The notes under the pieces are model-generated. The model did not search any database, was not told the DNA's origin, and saw nothing but the letters and a program-made list of their open reading frames with translations. Both the position numbers and the translations under genes were made by a program. Positions 16,238 to 25,667 of a DNA stretch of 64,000 nucleotides are shown one piece after another. Each line of letters starts with the position of its first letter. Position 1 is the stretch's first letter. Source of the stretch: Dehalococcoidia bacterium (GTDB lineage Bacteria > Chloroflexota > Dehalococcoidia > Lucifugimonadales > UBA3495); the NCBI GenBank assembly GCA_965203435.1, contig CBDBCU010000005.1, forward strand, positions 202,977 through 266,976, written 5' to 3'.

Positions 16238-19200
16238 TCAGGGGGACACCGGCAAAGTCACCACCCACAACTCCCCCTGGCCGGGGATGTGCTGGCCGGT
16301 GCGGATCGCTTTGACCGGGTAGTCGGGCAGGGGGACTGACGCCAGACACTTGCCGTCGATATGGCCGCCCCAATGGTCAAAGGCAAAATCCCGGTTGGCA
16401 AAGCCGGCGGCTTGCCGTGCCGGGGGCAAATCGGCGGTATTTTCCGGGATGATATGCAGGATAAAGCCGGCCGCCGTATCCGCCGCCGCGCAGGATTCCC
16501 GCAAATAAATCAGCCGGTTGTGGCGCAGATACAAGTCATAGACCGCCCGGGCCGCCGGCTCCCGCTTGGCTAAAGACTGATATACCGCCGCCAAGCGGCC
16601 CGGGTCGGCCGGCGGGTACAAGTCCGCAGCCCATACTCCGGCCTGCCCGGTGCGGATTGATGCGATGGGATAGCCGGGCAGAGGAACTGCCGCCAGACAC
16701 TTGCCGTCAAAAGAGCCGCCCCAACGCTCAAAAACAAAATCCCGGTTGTCAAAGCCGACCGGCCGCCGTTCCTCCGGCAATACGGCGGCATCCTCCGGGA
16801 CTATGTGCAGGAAAAAGCCGGCCGCCGTGTCCGCCGCCGCGCAGGATTCCCGCAAATAAATCAGCCGATTATCCCGCAGATACAGGGCAAAGGCGGCTTG
16901 AGCCGACGGTTGACTTGCGGACACGGCGGCATAGACCCCTTGCAAGACGCCGGGGGCGGCCGGCGGATACAAGTTGACTTCCCAACCCTCCTCTTGCCCG
17001 GTGCGGATGGCGGCTACGGGATAATCGGGCATCGGGACGGCCGCCAGACATTCCCCATCCAACCGGCTGCCATAACGCGCCAGAGAAAAATCCCGGTTGT
17101 CCTGGCCGCTTTTCCAGAGGTAGAAAGGCAAATCCGCCGGATTTTCCGGGTAGATATGCAGGAATACCGGGGTTTCGTATGCGGCGGTAGAACAGTCGCC
17201 TTTGGCGTAAAGCAGGCGCTGGCGGCCCGCCGCCCGGTCAAGGAAAACGGCAAAAGCCTCCGGCGCGGCCGGATCCGGCCGCCCTTGCGCGCTCAGTTCC
17301 CACAGGCCGGGTTGCGACAGGCTGTAAAACTTTTCCCACACCGGATCCCCCTCCGGCTCGTATTGGCCCAGGTTGCGCCGGGACAGGATGATGTCGCCGC
17401 CGGCCGCCGCCGGCAGTTGGATAACCGCCAGGCAAAGCTCCCCCAGCTGTACCCGGTGATTGCTGAAAGATGCCGCGGGGCCGGGCTGCCACCAATCCGG
17501 CGGCGCGGTTTCCGGGGCCGGCGGAAAGGGCCGGACGCCAAACCAGGCCTCGGGAGCCGCCGGGGGGCAGTTTTCCTTGACCAAAACCAGCCGATGGCCC
17601 TGACGATAAACATTATAATCGGCGCGGATAATGGGTGCATCGGCTAGGGCTTGCTGATATATTTCCCGGTAGGCGGCTAGGGCGGCGGCGGTCATCCGGG
17701 CGGCGTCCATGGGCCGCAAGGCGACCAGGGGATTGGCATAGCGGCGGATATAACGGGCATTAAAGGCCAAGTCGGGCCGGCTGCGGTCGTTCCCTTGCTC
17801 CACCAATTCATAATCGGCGCGGCGGTCGGGGCCGGCAATAAGCAAATCCCGCCGGGCCGCCGCCGGCAGAATTTCCCAATGCCGCGCATAGTCCATCCGC
17901 ACCGCCAGCGTCTCCCCGGGATGCAATTCCCGCAGATATTCCAACGCATCCCGGTGCGCCAGCTGCCAGTAATCCAAATCATACTGCGCCCCCAGCGCCC
18001 CCGGCGTAGTCCGATCGGTCAGAAAGTTGAAATAAACCGGCTGCAAAGGATGCAGTTGTATCAGCTGCAACAGCAGCAATACCAAGCCGGCCGCCGCCAG
18101 CCCGTACATCCCCACCCGCCAACGCCGCCGCCGGGATAGAGCGGCCGCCAGCCAACCGCCGCCCAGGGCCGCCAGCAGGCAGAAAGGCGCATAGAGGAAA
18201 TAGAAATGCCGCCAACCGTCGTACTGATTGGCATCCAGCAGGATGGCCGCCAGCGGCGGCAGCAGGAAAGCGGCCAACAGCAGTAGCAGAAAGCGCATCC
18301 GGCCGTTGCGGAAAACCGCCCCGGGCCGGCGGATACCCTCTACCGCTACCGCCGCCATCCCGACCAGTCCCAGCAGCAGAAACAGCGGCGGCGTGGTGAT
18401 AGCAAACCAGGTGGCGGCGTAATGCGGCGGCAGCTCGTCGGAAAACAGCCATTCCCCCTGGAATAGCTGCGGCCAGATAGTCGGATGATTGACCGTCAAG
18501 GCAAAGTTAGCGGTCAGATAGTCAATAGGATTAGTCCAGGCGTAGGGCGACAGGGCGTACACCGTCAGTCCGGCGGTCAAGGTGAACAGCCCGGCGGTCC
18601 GTAGGATTCCTTTCCGTTCTTGCCAAGTCCCGGCGTAAAACCAATCCAATCCCCGCATTGCCAAGACCGCCGGCAGCAGCATTAGCCCCATAATCCGCAG
18701 GTTGGTCAGCGCTCCCACCCCTATCCCCAGCAGCAGGAAAGCGCCAATCGTATCCCGGCGGAAAGCCCGTTCCAGCAGGTAGAGGGCTATTGCGAACAGG
18801 GTGAGAAAAGGCAGGTCTTTGGAATTGACGAAAGAATGGCCGTAGATGCGGGGATGCAGCAGGAAAAGCAGCAGGGCTAACAGGGCAATCCACCGATTGT
18901 TGAACAGCCGCCAAGCCAGCCGGTAGCAACAGAAAGCCCCGACGATAAAGAACAGGTGGGTCAGCGTTAGGCGCAGCCGGTGGACATAATGGTAATCCTC
19001 GATCCCCAAGACGCGCTCGGCCAATAGCAGCGGCAGCTCCAAGGCCATGCCATAAACCCGGTCGTGGTAATGGTAGATATTCCGATCCAGGCGGTCGGCT
19101 TGCCCCCGGATATAGTCCAGATTGACCGCGGCCGTTTGCCGCTGATTCGGCTCATCGGGGCCGATGCCGTAATCCCCGGCCGTGGCCAAGCCGACCAGCA

Positions 19201-19306
19201 GAAAAAGGGCGCAAAGCAGCAGGCCGCTGCGGGCGGCAAAAAAGTTCAGCGCCGCTTGTCTCCGGCCGGCCCGTGGCAGGGATATGGAAAGCGGCGGCAG
19301 GAACAT
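16238..19306 (-). CDS. GT-C fold membrane glycosyltransferase with four C-terminal Cys-pair repeat modules, paralogue 2
   Basis: Start at MFLPPLSISLPRAG (19306). The architecture matches paralogue 1. One extra copy of the LIYLRESCAAADTAAGF(F/I)LHI.PE module accounts for the greater length. Confidence 0.85.
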   Translation of the reverse strand: MFLPPLSISLPRAGRRQAALNFFAARSGLLLCALFLLVGLATAGDYGIGPDEPNQRQTAAVNLDYIRGQADRLDRNIYHYHDRVYGMALELPLLLAERVLGIEDYHYVHRLRLTLTHLFFIVGAFCCYRLAWRLFNNRWIALLALLLFLLHPRIYGHSFVNSKDLPFLTLFAIALYLLERAFRRDTIGAFLLLGIGVGALTNLRIMGLMLLPAVLAMRGLDWFYAGTWQERKGILRTAGLFTLTAGLTVYALSPYAWTNPIDYLTANFALTVNHPTIWPQLFQGEWLFSDELPPHYAATWFAITTPPLFLLLGLVGMAAVAVEGIRRPGAVFRNGRMRFLLLLLAAFLLPPLAAILLDANQYDGWRHFYFLYAPFCLLAALGGGWLAAALSRRRRWRVGMYGLAAAGLVLLLLQLIQLHPLQPVYFNFLTDRTTPGALGAQYDLDYWQLAHRDALEYLRELHPGETLAVRMDYARHWEILPAAARRDLLIAGPDRRADYELVEQGNDRSRPDLAFNARYIRRYANPLVALRPMDAARMTAAALAAYREIYQQALADAPIIRADYNVYRQGHRLVLVKENCPPAAPEAWFGVRPFPPAPETAPPDWWQPGPAASFSNHRVQLGELCLAVIQLPAAAGGDIILSRRNLGQYEPEGDPVWEKFYSLSQPGLWELSAQGRPDPAAPEAFAVFLDRAAGRQRLLYAKGDCSTAAYETPVFLHIYPENPADLPFYLWKSGQDNRDFSLARYGSRLDGECLAAVPMPDYPVAAIRTGQEEGWEVNLYPPAAPGVLQGVYAAVSASQPSAQAAFALYLRDNRLIYLRESCAAADTAAGFFLHIVPEDAAVLPEERRPVGFDNRDFVFERWGGSFDGKCLAAVPLPGYPIASIRTGQAGVWAADLYPPADPGRLAAVYQSLAKREPAARAVYDLYLRHNRLIYLRESCAAADTAAGFILHIIPENTADLPPARQAAGFANRDFAFDHWGGHIDGKCLASVPLPDYPVKAIRTGQHIPGQGELWVVTLPVSP

Positions 19307-19313
19307 AAGCCGG

Positions 19314-19322
19314 ATTATAGCA
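19314..19322 (-). promoter_or_regulatory. Extended -10 (TGCTATAAT) 7 nt upstream of the ATG: leaderless-type promoter
   Basis: Minus strand reads TATGCTATAATCCGGCTT-ATG. Confidence 0.55.
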
Positions 19323-19374
19323 TACCCTCTTACCGTCCTTCCCGCGCCTTTCCAATGTATTCCCGCGGCCCCCA

Positions 19375-19474
19375 CCGTCATTCCCGCGTAAGCGGGAATC
19401 CCGAAATGCCTTGCCGCAAGCCGGCTTGTCTGACGCAGTACCGTCCTGGATTCCCGCTTACGCGGGAATGACGG
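19375..19474. repeat. Interspersed repeat family B
   Basis: CCGTCATTCCCGCGTAAGCGGGAATCCCG ... GGATTCCCGCTTACGCGGGAATGACGG, between paralogues 2 and 3. Confidence 0.8.
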
Positions 19475-19535
19475 TAGGGGGAGTACGGTAAAGGCATCGG
19501 GAAGGACAGGGTTTTAATGCCTTTGCCTGCCCGCC

Positions 19536-22277
19536 TCAGTGCCCAACCCTCAACTCCGCCGCCCACACCTCGCCTCGGCCCGGAACATATTGCCCCGTCC
19601 GCAGGGCGGCGATGGGATAGTTGGGCAAGGGAATAGCGGCCAGGCATTTGCCCTCAAAATGCCCGCCCCGGCGGTCAAAGGCAAAATCCATATTGGCAAA
19701 GCCGGCATCCCGCCGCTCCGGCGGCAAATCGGCGACATCCGCCGGGAGGATATGCAGGAAAAAGCCGGCCGCCGTATCCGCCGCCGCGCAGGATTCCCGC
19801 AAATAAATCAATCGGTTATCCTGAATATACAGGTCAAAATCAGCCCGGATCTGAGGTTGCCGGTCGGACAAGGCGGCGTACGTGGCCCGCAAACGCTCCG
19901 GGGCGGCCGGCGGATATAAATTGAATTCCCACAATCCGGCCGCGCCGGTATGCAGGGCAGCGATGGGATATTCGGGCAGGGGAACTAGCGCCAGACAGCC
20001 CCCGCCGGGCTGGATGCCGTAACGCGCCATCGGAAAATCCCGGTTCTCCTGCCCCCCGGCCCAGCGGTAAAAGGGCAGGTCGGCCCGGTTCTCCGGGTAG
20101 ATATGCAGGAAAATCCGGCGGGCAAAATCGGCGGGGGAACATTCCTCTTTGTCATAAAGCAGGCCCGGCCGGCCGGCATCGTCCCGGCCCAGGAAAACGG
20201 CAAAAGCGTCCGGATCGGCCGGCGGCGGCCGCCGCCGCCCCTGGTCGAGCCATTCCCCCAAGCCAGGGCGGGTGATGCTGTAGAGTTCATCCAGCCATAC
20301 CGGTTTTTCCCCCGGCCCGGGCGGGCCGGAGCCGCGCTGACTCAGGATTAGCTCGCCCTGAGTGGCGGCCGGCAGTTGGATAACCGCCAGGCAGACCGCG
20401 CCCAGCCGCACCGGTTGGCGGTGGTAGGAGGTATGGAAGCCGGGTTCCCATAAACCGGTCGGCAGAATTTCCTGGCGGGGCGGGAAAACCTTGACGGTGA
20501 ACCAGACCTCGTCCCGTTCCGGGCGGCAATCCTCCCGCACAAAAGCGATCCGGCCATCCTTAAAATAAACATCATAATTGCCGCGGATAATGGGTTCTCC
20601 GGTTAGGGCTTGCCGGTAAATTTCTTGATAGGCGGCCCGGGCCGCCGCCGTCATCCGGTCGCTGTCCCGCGGCTGCAGGACGGCCAGGGTGTTGTTATAA
20701 AAGCGGCGCGGATAGGCCGAATTAAAGGTCAAATCCGGCCGGCTGGGCTCCGGCTGATGGGTCAGGTAATAATCGGCGCTACGGCCGCCGGCTAGCGGCA
20801 ATCGCCGCCGCGCCGCCGGCGGCAGCGCGCCCCACAGCTCCCGATACTCCGTCCGCACCGCCATGGTTTCGCCGGGGTAGCGCGCCAGCAGATATTGCAA
20901 CGCCGGCCCTTGCGCCGACTGCCAGTAGTCCATTTCATACTGCGCCCGCAGCCCTTCCGGGGTCGTCCGATCCACCAGAAAGTTGAAATAAATATGCTGC
21001 AAGGGATGGAGCTGAGCCATCTGGAGCAGAAGCAACCCGAAACCCAATCCGGCCAGGCCATACATCCCGACCCGGAATCGCCGCCGTTGCCGGGCCAGGG
21101 CGGCGGTCAGCCCGCCCATACCTCCGGCCGCCAGCAGGCAAAAGGGGGCGTAGCTGAAATAAAGATGCCGCCAATCGTCGTACTGATTGGATCCCAACAG
21201 GGCGGCGGCCAGGGCCGGCAGCAGGGCAGCCGCCAGCAGCAGCCCGGCAAAGCGCAGCCGGCCGTTGCGGAAAGCGGCCCCGGGCCGGCGGCCAACCCGC
21301 GCCACGACCACCGCCGCGCCGATGCCGCCCAGCAAGGGAATCAAGGGCGGCGCCGTAATCAGAAACCAGGTCGGCAAGTAATGAAAGGGCAATTGATCCG
21401 AGGGAATCCGCTGCCCCTGGAACAGCACCGACACCACGGTGGGATGATTGACCGTCAAGTCCAGACTGCCGGCCAGATAATCTACCGGGTCAGGCCAGGC
21501 ATAGGGGGTTACCGCATACCAGGTCAGCCCGGCCGCCAAGAGGAATATCCCGCCGGTCCGCCATATCCCTTTTCGTTCCGGCCCGCTAGTCGCATAAAAC
21601 AAATCCAATCCCCGCATCGCCAGCGCCGCCGCCAACAGCATTACCCCCATAATCCGCAGGTTGGTCAGCAATCCCACGGCTATTCCCAGCAGGACAAAAG
21701 CCCCGACCGTGTCCCGGCGGAAAGCCCGTTCCAGCAGATAGAGGGCTAGCACAAGCATACTGAGAAAGGGCAGGTCTTTGCTGTTGATAAAGGAATGGGC
21801 GTAGATGCGGGGGTGCAGCAGGAAAAGCAGCAGAGCCAGGATAGCCAGCGGCCGATTGCGGAACAGGCGGTAAGCCAGGCGGTAAAAAAAGAAAGCGCCG
21901 ACAATAAAGAACAGGTGGGTCAGGGTTAAGCGGAGCCGGTTGACATAGTGCAAATCCTCCCAGCCCAACGCCCGCTCCGCCAGCAGCAGCGGCAGCTCAA
22001 AGGCTATGCCATAAAACCGGTCGGAGGATACCAGAGCATCCCGGCCGTTAAAGACCAGGATGCCGTCGGCCCGGCCCAAGATATAATTTACATTGGCCTC
22101 AGCAATCAGGCGCTGGGTTGCCTGGTCGGCGCCAATGCCATAATCCCCGACCAGGGCCAAGCCGGCCAGCAGAAAAAGGCCGCAAATCAGCAGGCCGCTG
22201 TGGGCGGCCAAGAAGTTCAGCGCCGCCCGGCCCCGGCCGGCCCGTGGCAGGGATATGGAAAGCGGCGGCGGGAACAT
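19536..22277 (-). CDS. GT-C fold membrane glycosyltransferase with three C-terminal Cys-pair repeat modules, paralogue 3
   Basis: 913-aa ORF starting MFPPPLSISLPRAG, with the same conserved blocks as paralogues 1 and 2. Confidence 0.85.
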   Translation of the reverse strand: MFPPPLSISLPRAGRGRAALNFLAAHSGLLICGLFLLAGLALVGDYGIGADQATQRLIAEANVNYILGRADGILVFNGRDALVSSDRFYGIAFELPLLLAERALGWEDLHYVNRLRLTLTHLFFIVGAFFFYRLAYRLFRNRPLAILALLLFLLHPRIYAHSFINSKDLPFLSMLVLALYLLERAFRRDTVGAFVLLGIAVGLLTNLRIMGVMLLAAALAMRGLDLFYATSGPERKGIWRTGGIFLLAAGLTWYAVTPYAWPDPVDYLAGSLDLTVNHPTVVSVLFQGQRIPSDQLPFHYLPTWFLITAPPLIPLLGGIGAAVVVARVGRRPGAAFRNGRLRFAGLLLAAALLPALAAALLGSNQYDDWRHLYFSYAPFCLLAAGGMGGLTAALARQRRRFRVGMYGLAGLGFGLLLLQMAQLHPLQHIYFNFLVDRTTPEGLRAQYEMDYWQSAQGPALQYLLARYPGETMAVRTEYRELWGALPPAARRRLPLAGGRSADYYLTHQPEPSRPDLTFNSAYPRRFYNNTLAVLQPRDSDRMTAAARAAYQEIYRQALTGEPIIRGNYDVYFKDGRIAFVREDCRPERDEVWFTVKVFPPRQEILPTGLWEPGFHTSYHRQPVRLGAVCLAVIQLPAATQGELILSQRGSGPPGPGEKPVWLDELYSITRPGLGEWLDQGRRRPPPADPDAFAVFLGRDDAGRPGLLYDKEECSPADFARRIFLHIYPENRADLPFYRWAGGQENRDFPMARYGIQPGGGCLALVPLPEYPIAALHTGAAGLWEFNLYPPAAPERLRATYAALSDRQPQIRADFDLYIQDNRLIYLRESCAAADTAAGFFLHILPADVADLPPERRDAGFANMDFAFDRRGGHFEGKCLAAIPLPNYPIAALRTGQYVPGRGEVWAAELRVGH

Positions 22278-22284
22278 AGGGCGG

Positions 22285-22293
22285 ATTATAGCA
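22285..22293 (-). promoter_or_regulatory. Extended -10 (TGCTATAAT) 7 nt upstream of the ATG: leaderless-type promoter
   Basis: Minus strand reads TATGCTATAATCCGCCCT-ATG. Confidence 0.55.
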
Positions 22294-22300
22294 TAAGGGG

Positions 22301-22476
22301 GCGGGCGGATCTTTTCCGCTCATCCTGAACTTGTTGAAGGATGAGCGGAAAAGATCCGCCCGCTTATCCTTAACCGGCAAGGATGTTACCACTATCCGCC
22401 CATCCTGAGCCGGTTGCAGGATTGGCAGTGATTTTCCGCTCATCCTGAACTTGTTGAAGGACGAGCGGAAAATCAC
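22301..22476. repeat. Interspersed repeat family D (core CCGCTCATCC-TGAACTTGTTGAA-GGATGAGCGG), two copies embedded in long palindromes
   Basis: 22301..22325 pairs perfectly with 22339..22363 (25-bp stem, 13-nt loop). 22428..22445 pairs with 22459..22476 (18 bp, one mismatch). A degenerate copy lies between them. Confidence 0.8.
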
Positions 22477-22484
22477 TTCCAACC

Positions 22485-25205
22485 CTACCTTTCCACCCTC
22501 AACTCCGCCGCCCACACCTCGCCCTGGCCCGGAACATATTGCCCCGTCCGCAGGGCGGCGATGGGATAGTCCGGCAAGGGAACGATGGCCAGACATTTGC
22601 CGTCAAAAGCGCCGCCATAGCGGGCAAAGGGAAAGTCCAAGTTGGCAAAGCCGGCCGGCCGCCGTTCCTGCGGCAAATCGGCAATATCCTGCGGGAGGAT
22701 ATGCAGGAAAAAATCGGCCGCCGTATCCGCCGCCGCGCAGGTTTCCCGCAGGTAAATCAGCCGATTATCCTGGAGATACAGGGCAAAATCCGACAGGGCG
22801 GCCGGGATATGGTCGGACAGGGCGGCGTAAGTGGCCCGCAAATCATCCGGGTTGGCCGGCGGGTATAGAGTGGCCGCCCACATCCCGGCTTGGCCGGTGC
22901 GGATTTCGGCGATGGGATAGGTCGGCAGGGGGATGGCGGCGATACAATCCCCGCCGGGCCGGCCGCCATAAACATCCAACAGAAAATCCCGATTGTCAAA
23001 GCTGTTGCCCCGGTTGTAGGCCGGCAAATCCGCCAAATCCGCCGGGGTGATATGCAGGGTTACGCGGGTTTCGTATTCGGATTGAGTGCAACCCGCTTTG
23101 GCATAAAGCAGGCGCGGCCGGCCGGCGGCATCCCGGTCGAGGAAAACCGCAAAGGCATCCGGATTTGGCGGCGGCTGTTGCTGCCGCAACCGGGCCATCC
23201 GTTTCCCCAAGCTAGGGCCGGCCAAGGTATAAAGTTCCTCCCACAAGGGCCAATCCGCCGGCCCGAAGTTGCCCAAATTGCGCCGGGTAATAATCAAATC
23301 GCCCGCAATATCCGGCGGCAGTTGGATAACCGCCAGGCAAACCTCGCCCAGTCGTACCCGGTGATTGTAGTAAGGGGCATAAAACACCGCTTGCCGGGAA
23401 TAGGGCGGCAAGGATTTCGCCGCCGCCGGGAAGGGCTTGACGCCGAACCACTCATCCCGGCCGCCCGGCGGACAGTTTTCCCGAACAAAAGTCAGCCGGT
23501 TATCCGCCAGATAAACCTTATAATCGGCGCGGATAATGGGTTCGCCGGCTACGGCATCACGGTAAATTTCCCGATAGGCGGCGATAGCGGCCGGCGTCAT
23601 CCGGGCGGCGTCCAGCGGCCGCAGGGCTATGATGGTATTGCTGTAAAGGCGGCGGCGGTAAGCCGTATTAAAGGCCAAATCCGGCTGGAAAGATTCCAGC
23701 GGATAAATCAGTTCATAATCGGCGCTGCGGCCGCCGGTGGCTGGCAGCAGCCGCTCCCGGGCCGCCGCCGGCAAAATGCCCAGATGCCGCTGCCCGACCC
23801 GCACCGTCAAGGTTTCCTGGGGATGCCTTTGCCGCAGATATTCCAATCCCGCCCGGTGCGCCAGCTGCATATAGTCCAGGTCATACTGCGTCCGCAGCCG
23901 CTCCGGCGTCGTCCGCTCGGCCAGAAAGTTGAAATAGACCGGCGGCAAGGGATGAATTTGCGCCATTTGCAGTACCACCAGCCCCAAGCCCACGCCGGCC
24001 AATCCATACATCCCGGCGGCTCGCCGCCAGCCTTGCCGGTACAGAGCGGCCGTCAGACCACCCATGCCCGCCGCCGCCAGCAGGCAAAAGGGGGCATAAA
24101 TGAAAAACAAATGCCGCCAGCCCTCGGATTGATTGGAACCCAGCACGGTAGCCGCCAGCGGCGGCAGCAGAAAGCAAGCCGCCAGCAACAGCAGCAAGCG
24201 CATCTTGGTGTTGCGGAAAACCGTCCCGGGCCGGCGGATTCCCCGGGCCGCTACCAGCGCCATCCCGATAAATCCCAGCAGCAAAATCAGCGGCGGCGTG
24301 GTAATGCCAAACCAGGTGGCGGTGTAATGCGGCGGCAGTGCGTTGGACAGCAGTAATTCCCCCTGAAACAACTGCGGCAACACCGCCGGATGATTGACCG
24401 TCTGGCCCAGGCTGGTGACCAGGTAGTCCACCGGATTAGCCCAGGCATAGGGCGTTGCCGCGTACAAAGTCAGACCGGCGGCCAAGGCGAACAGGCCGGC
24501 GGTCCACAGGATTCGCTTTCGTTCCGGCCAATGCCCGGCATAAAAGCAATCCAATCCCCGCATTGCCAACGGCGCCGCCACCAGCATTAGCCCCATAATC
24601 CGCAGGTTGGTCAGCACGCCCACCGCTGCGCCCAGCAGCAGGAAAGCCCCGAGGGTGTCTTTGCGGAAAGCCCGTTCCAGCAGGTAGAGGGCAATCAGGA
24701 ACATACTGAGAAAGGGCAAGTCTTTGAAGTTGACGAAAGAATGGCCGTATATGCGGGGATGCAACAGCAGGAACAGCAGGGCCAGGATTGCCAGCGGCCG
24801 ACTGCCGAACAGCCGATAAGCCAGCCGATAGCCAAAGTAAGCGCCGACAATAAAGAACAGGTGGGTCAGGGTTAAGCGCAGGCGGTGGATTTGGGAATAA
24901 TCCTCCAATCCCAGGAGCCGCTCCGCCAGCAGCAGGGGCAGCTCAAAAGCCACGCTATAGACCCGATCCTGATACAGGTCGGTGGCAATGCGGTCGGAAT
25001 GGCCCCGGATGTAGTCCAGATTGGCCCGGGCAATCCGCCGCTGCGGCCATTCATCGTAGTTAATGCCATAATCCCCGGCCGCAGCCAGTCCCACCAGCAG
25101 AAAGAGGATACAGACCAGCAGGCCACAGCGGGCGGTCAAAAAGTTCAGCGCCGCCGGACTGCGGCCGGAAAGTTGCCGGAATATGCGGCGCAGCGGCGGG
25201 AACAT
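22485..25205 (-). CDS. GT-C fold membrane glycosyltransferase with three C-terminal Cys-pair repeat modules, paralogue 4
   Basis: 906-aa ORF starting MFPPLRRIF, with the same conserved blocks. Confidence 0.85.
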   Translation of the reverse strand: MFPPLRRIFRQLSGRSPAALNFLTARCGLLVCILFLLVGLAAAGDYGINYDEWPQRRIARANLDYIRGHSDRIATDLYQDRVYSVAFELPLLLAERLLGLEDYSQIHRLRLTLTHLFFIVGAYFGYRLAYRLFGSRPLAILALLFLLLHPRIYGHSFVNFKDLPFLSMFLIALYLLERAFRKDTLGAFLLLGAAVGVLTNLRIMGLMLVAAPLAMRGLDCFYAGHWPERKRILWTAGLFALAAGLTLYAATPYAWANPVDYLVTSLGQTVNHPAVLPQLFQGELLLSNALPPHYTATWFGITTPPLILLLGFIGMALVAARGIRRPGTVFRNTKMRLLLLLAACFLLPPLAATVLGSNQSEGWRHLFFIYAPFCLLAAAGMGGLTAALYRQGWRRAAGMYGLAGVGLGLVVLQMAQIHPLPPVYFNFLAERTTPERLRTQYDLDYMQLAHRAGLEYLRQRHPQETLTVRVGQRHLGILPAAARERLLPATGGRSADYELIYPLESFQPDLAFNTAYRRRLYSNTIIALRPLDAARMTPAAIAAYREIYRDAVAGEPIIRADYKVYLADNRLTFVRENCPPGGRDEWFGVKPFPAAAKSLPPYSRQAVFYAPYYNHRVRLGEVCLAVIQLPPDIAGDLIITRRNLGNFGPADWPLWEELYTLAGPSLGKRMARLRQQQPPPNPDAFAVFLDRDAAGRPRLLYAKAGCTQSEYETRVTLHITPADLADLPAYNRGNSFDNRDFLLDVYGGRPGGDCIAAIPLPTYPIAEIRTGQAGMWAATLYPPANPDDLRATYAALSDHIPAALSDFALYLQDNRLIYLRETCAAADTAADFFLHILPQDIADLPQERRPAGFANLDFPFARYGGAFDGKCLAIVPLPDYPIAALRTGQYVPGQGEVWAAELRVER

Positions 25206-25212
25206 AGGCGGA

Positions 25213-25221
25213 ATTATAGCA
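25213..25221 (-). promoter_or_regulatory. Extended -10 (TGCTATAAT) 7 nt upstream of the ATG: leaderless-type promoter
   Basis: Minus strand reads TATGCTATAATTCCGCCT-ATG. Confidence 0.55.
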
Positions 25222-25256
25222 TAAGGGGGGCCAGCAACCGTCCTTCCGCCTCCCGA

Positions 25257-25356
25257 CCGTCATTCCCGCGTAAGCGGGAATCCCGAACGGTACTGCCTTA
25301 TAATGCCGCATCCCCGGCAAGTCACCGCGGGATTCCCGCTTACGCGGGAATGACGG
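25257..25356. repeat. Interspersed repeat family B
   Basis: Inverted CCGTCATTCCCGCGTAAGCGGGAATCCCG ends. The core (..TGCCTTATAATGCCGCA..) resembles the copy at 3050. Confidence 0.8.
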
Positions 25357-25443
25357 TAGGGGCGGCCGGGATGACGGTAGAGTGGACGGGAAGGACGGTA
25401 AGGGGGCGGCGGGAAGGACGGTACTAGGGGCGCAACCACCCAC

Positions 25444-25537
25444 TATGTCATTCCGAGCGTAGCCGAGGAATCTGAAATGCCCGACCTTGACTCCATTTCA
25501 AGACTTTTAGATTCCTCGGCTACGCTCGGAATGACAT
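25444..25537. repeat. Interspersed repeat family C
   Basis: TATGTCATTCCGAGCGTAGCCGAGGAATCT ... AGATTCCTCGGCTACGCTCGGAATGACAT. Confidence 0.8.
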
Positions 25538-25667
25538 CCTTCAACAAGTTCAGGATGAGCGGAAAGGGAATAGCCTATCCGGGACAACGGCAAAAGCCGC
25601 CACCCCCCGCCCAAGCAAGGAATGGCGGCAAAGGGTTTTCCGGTGGGCAACCGGCGGTTGCGCCCCC

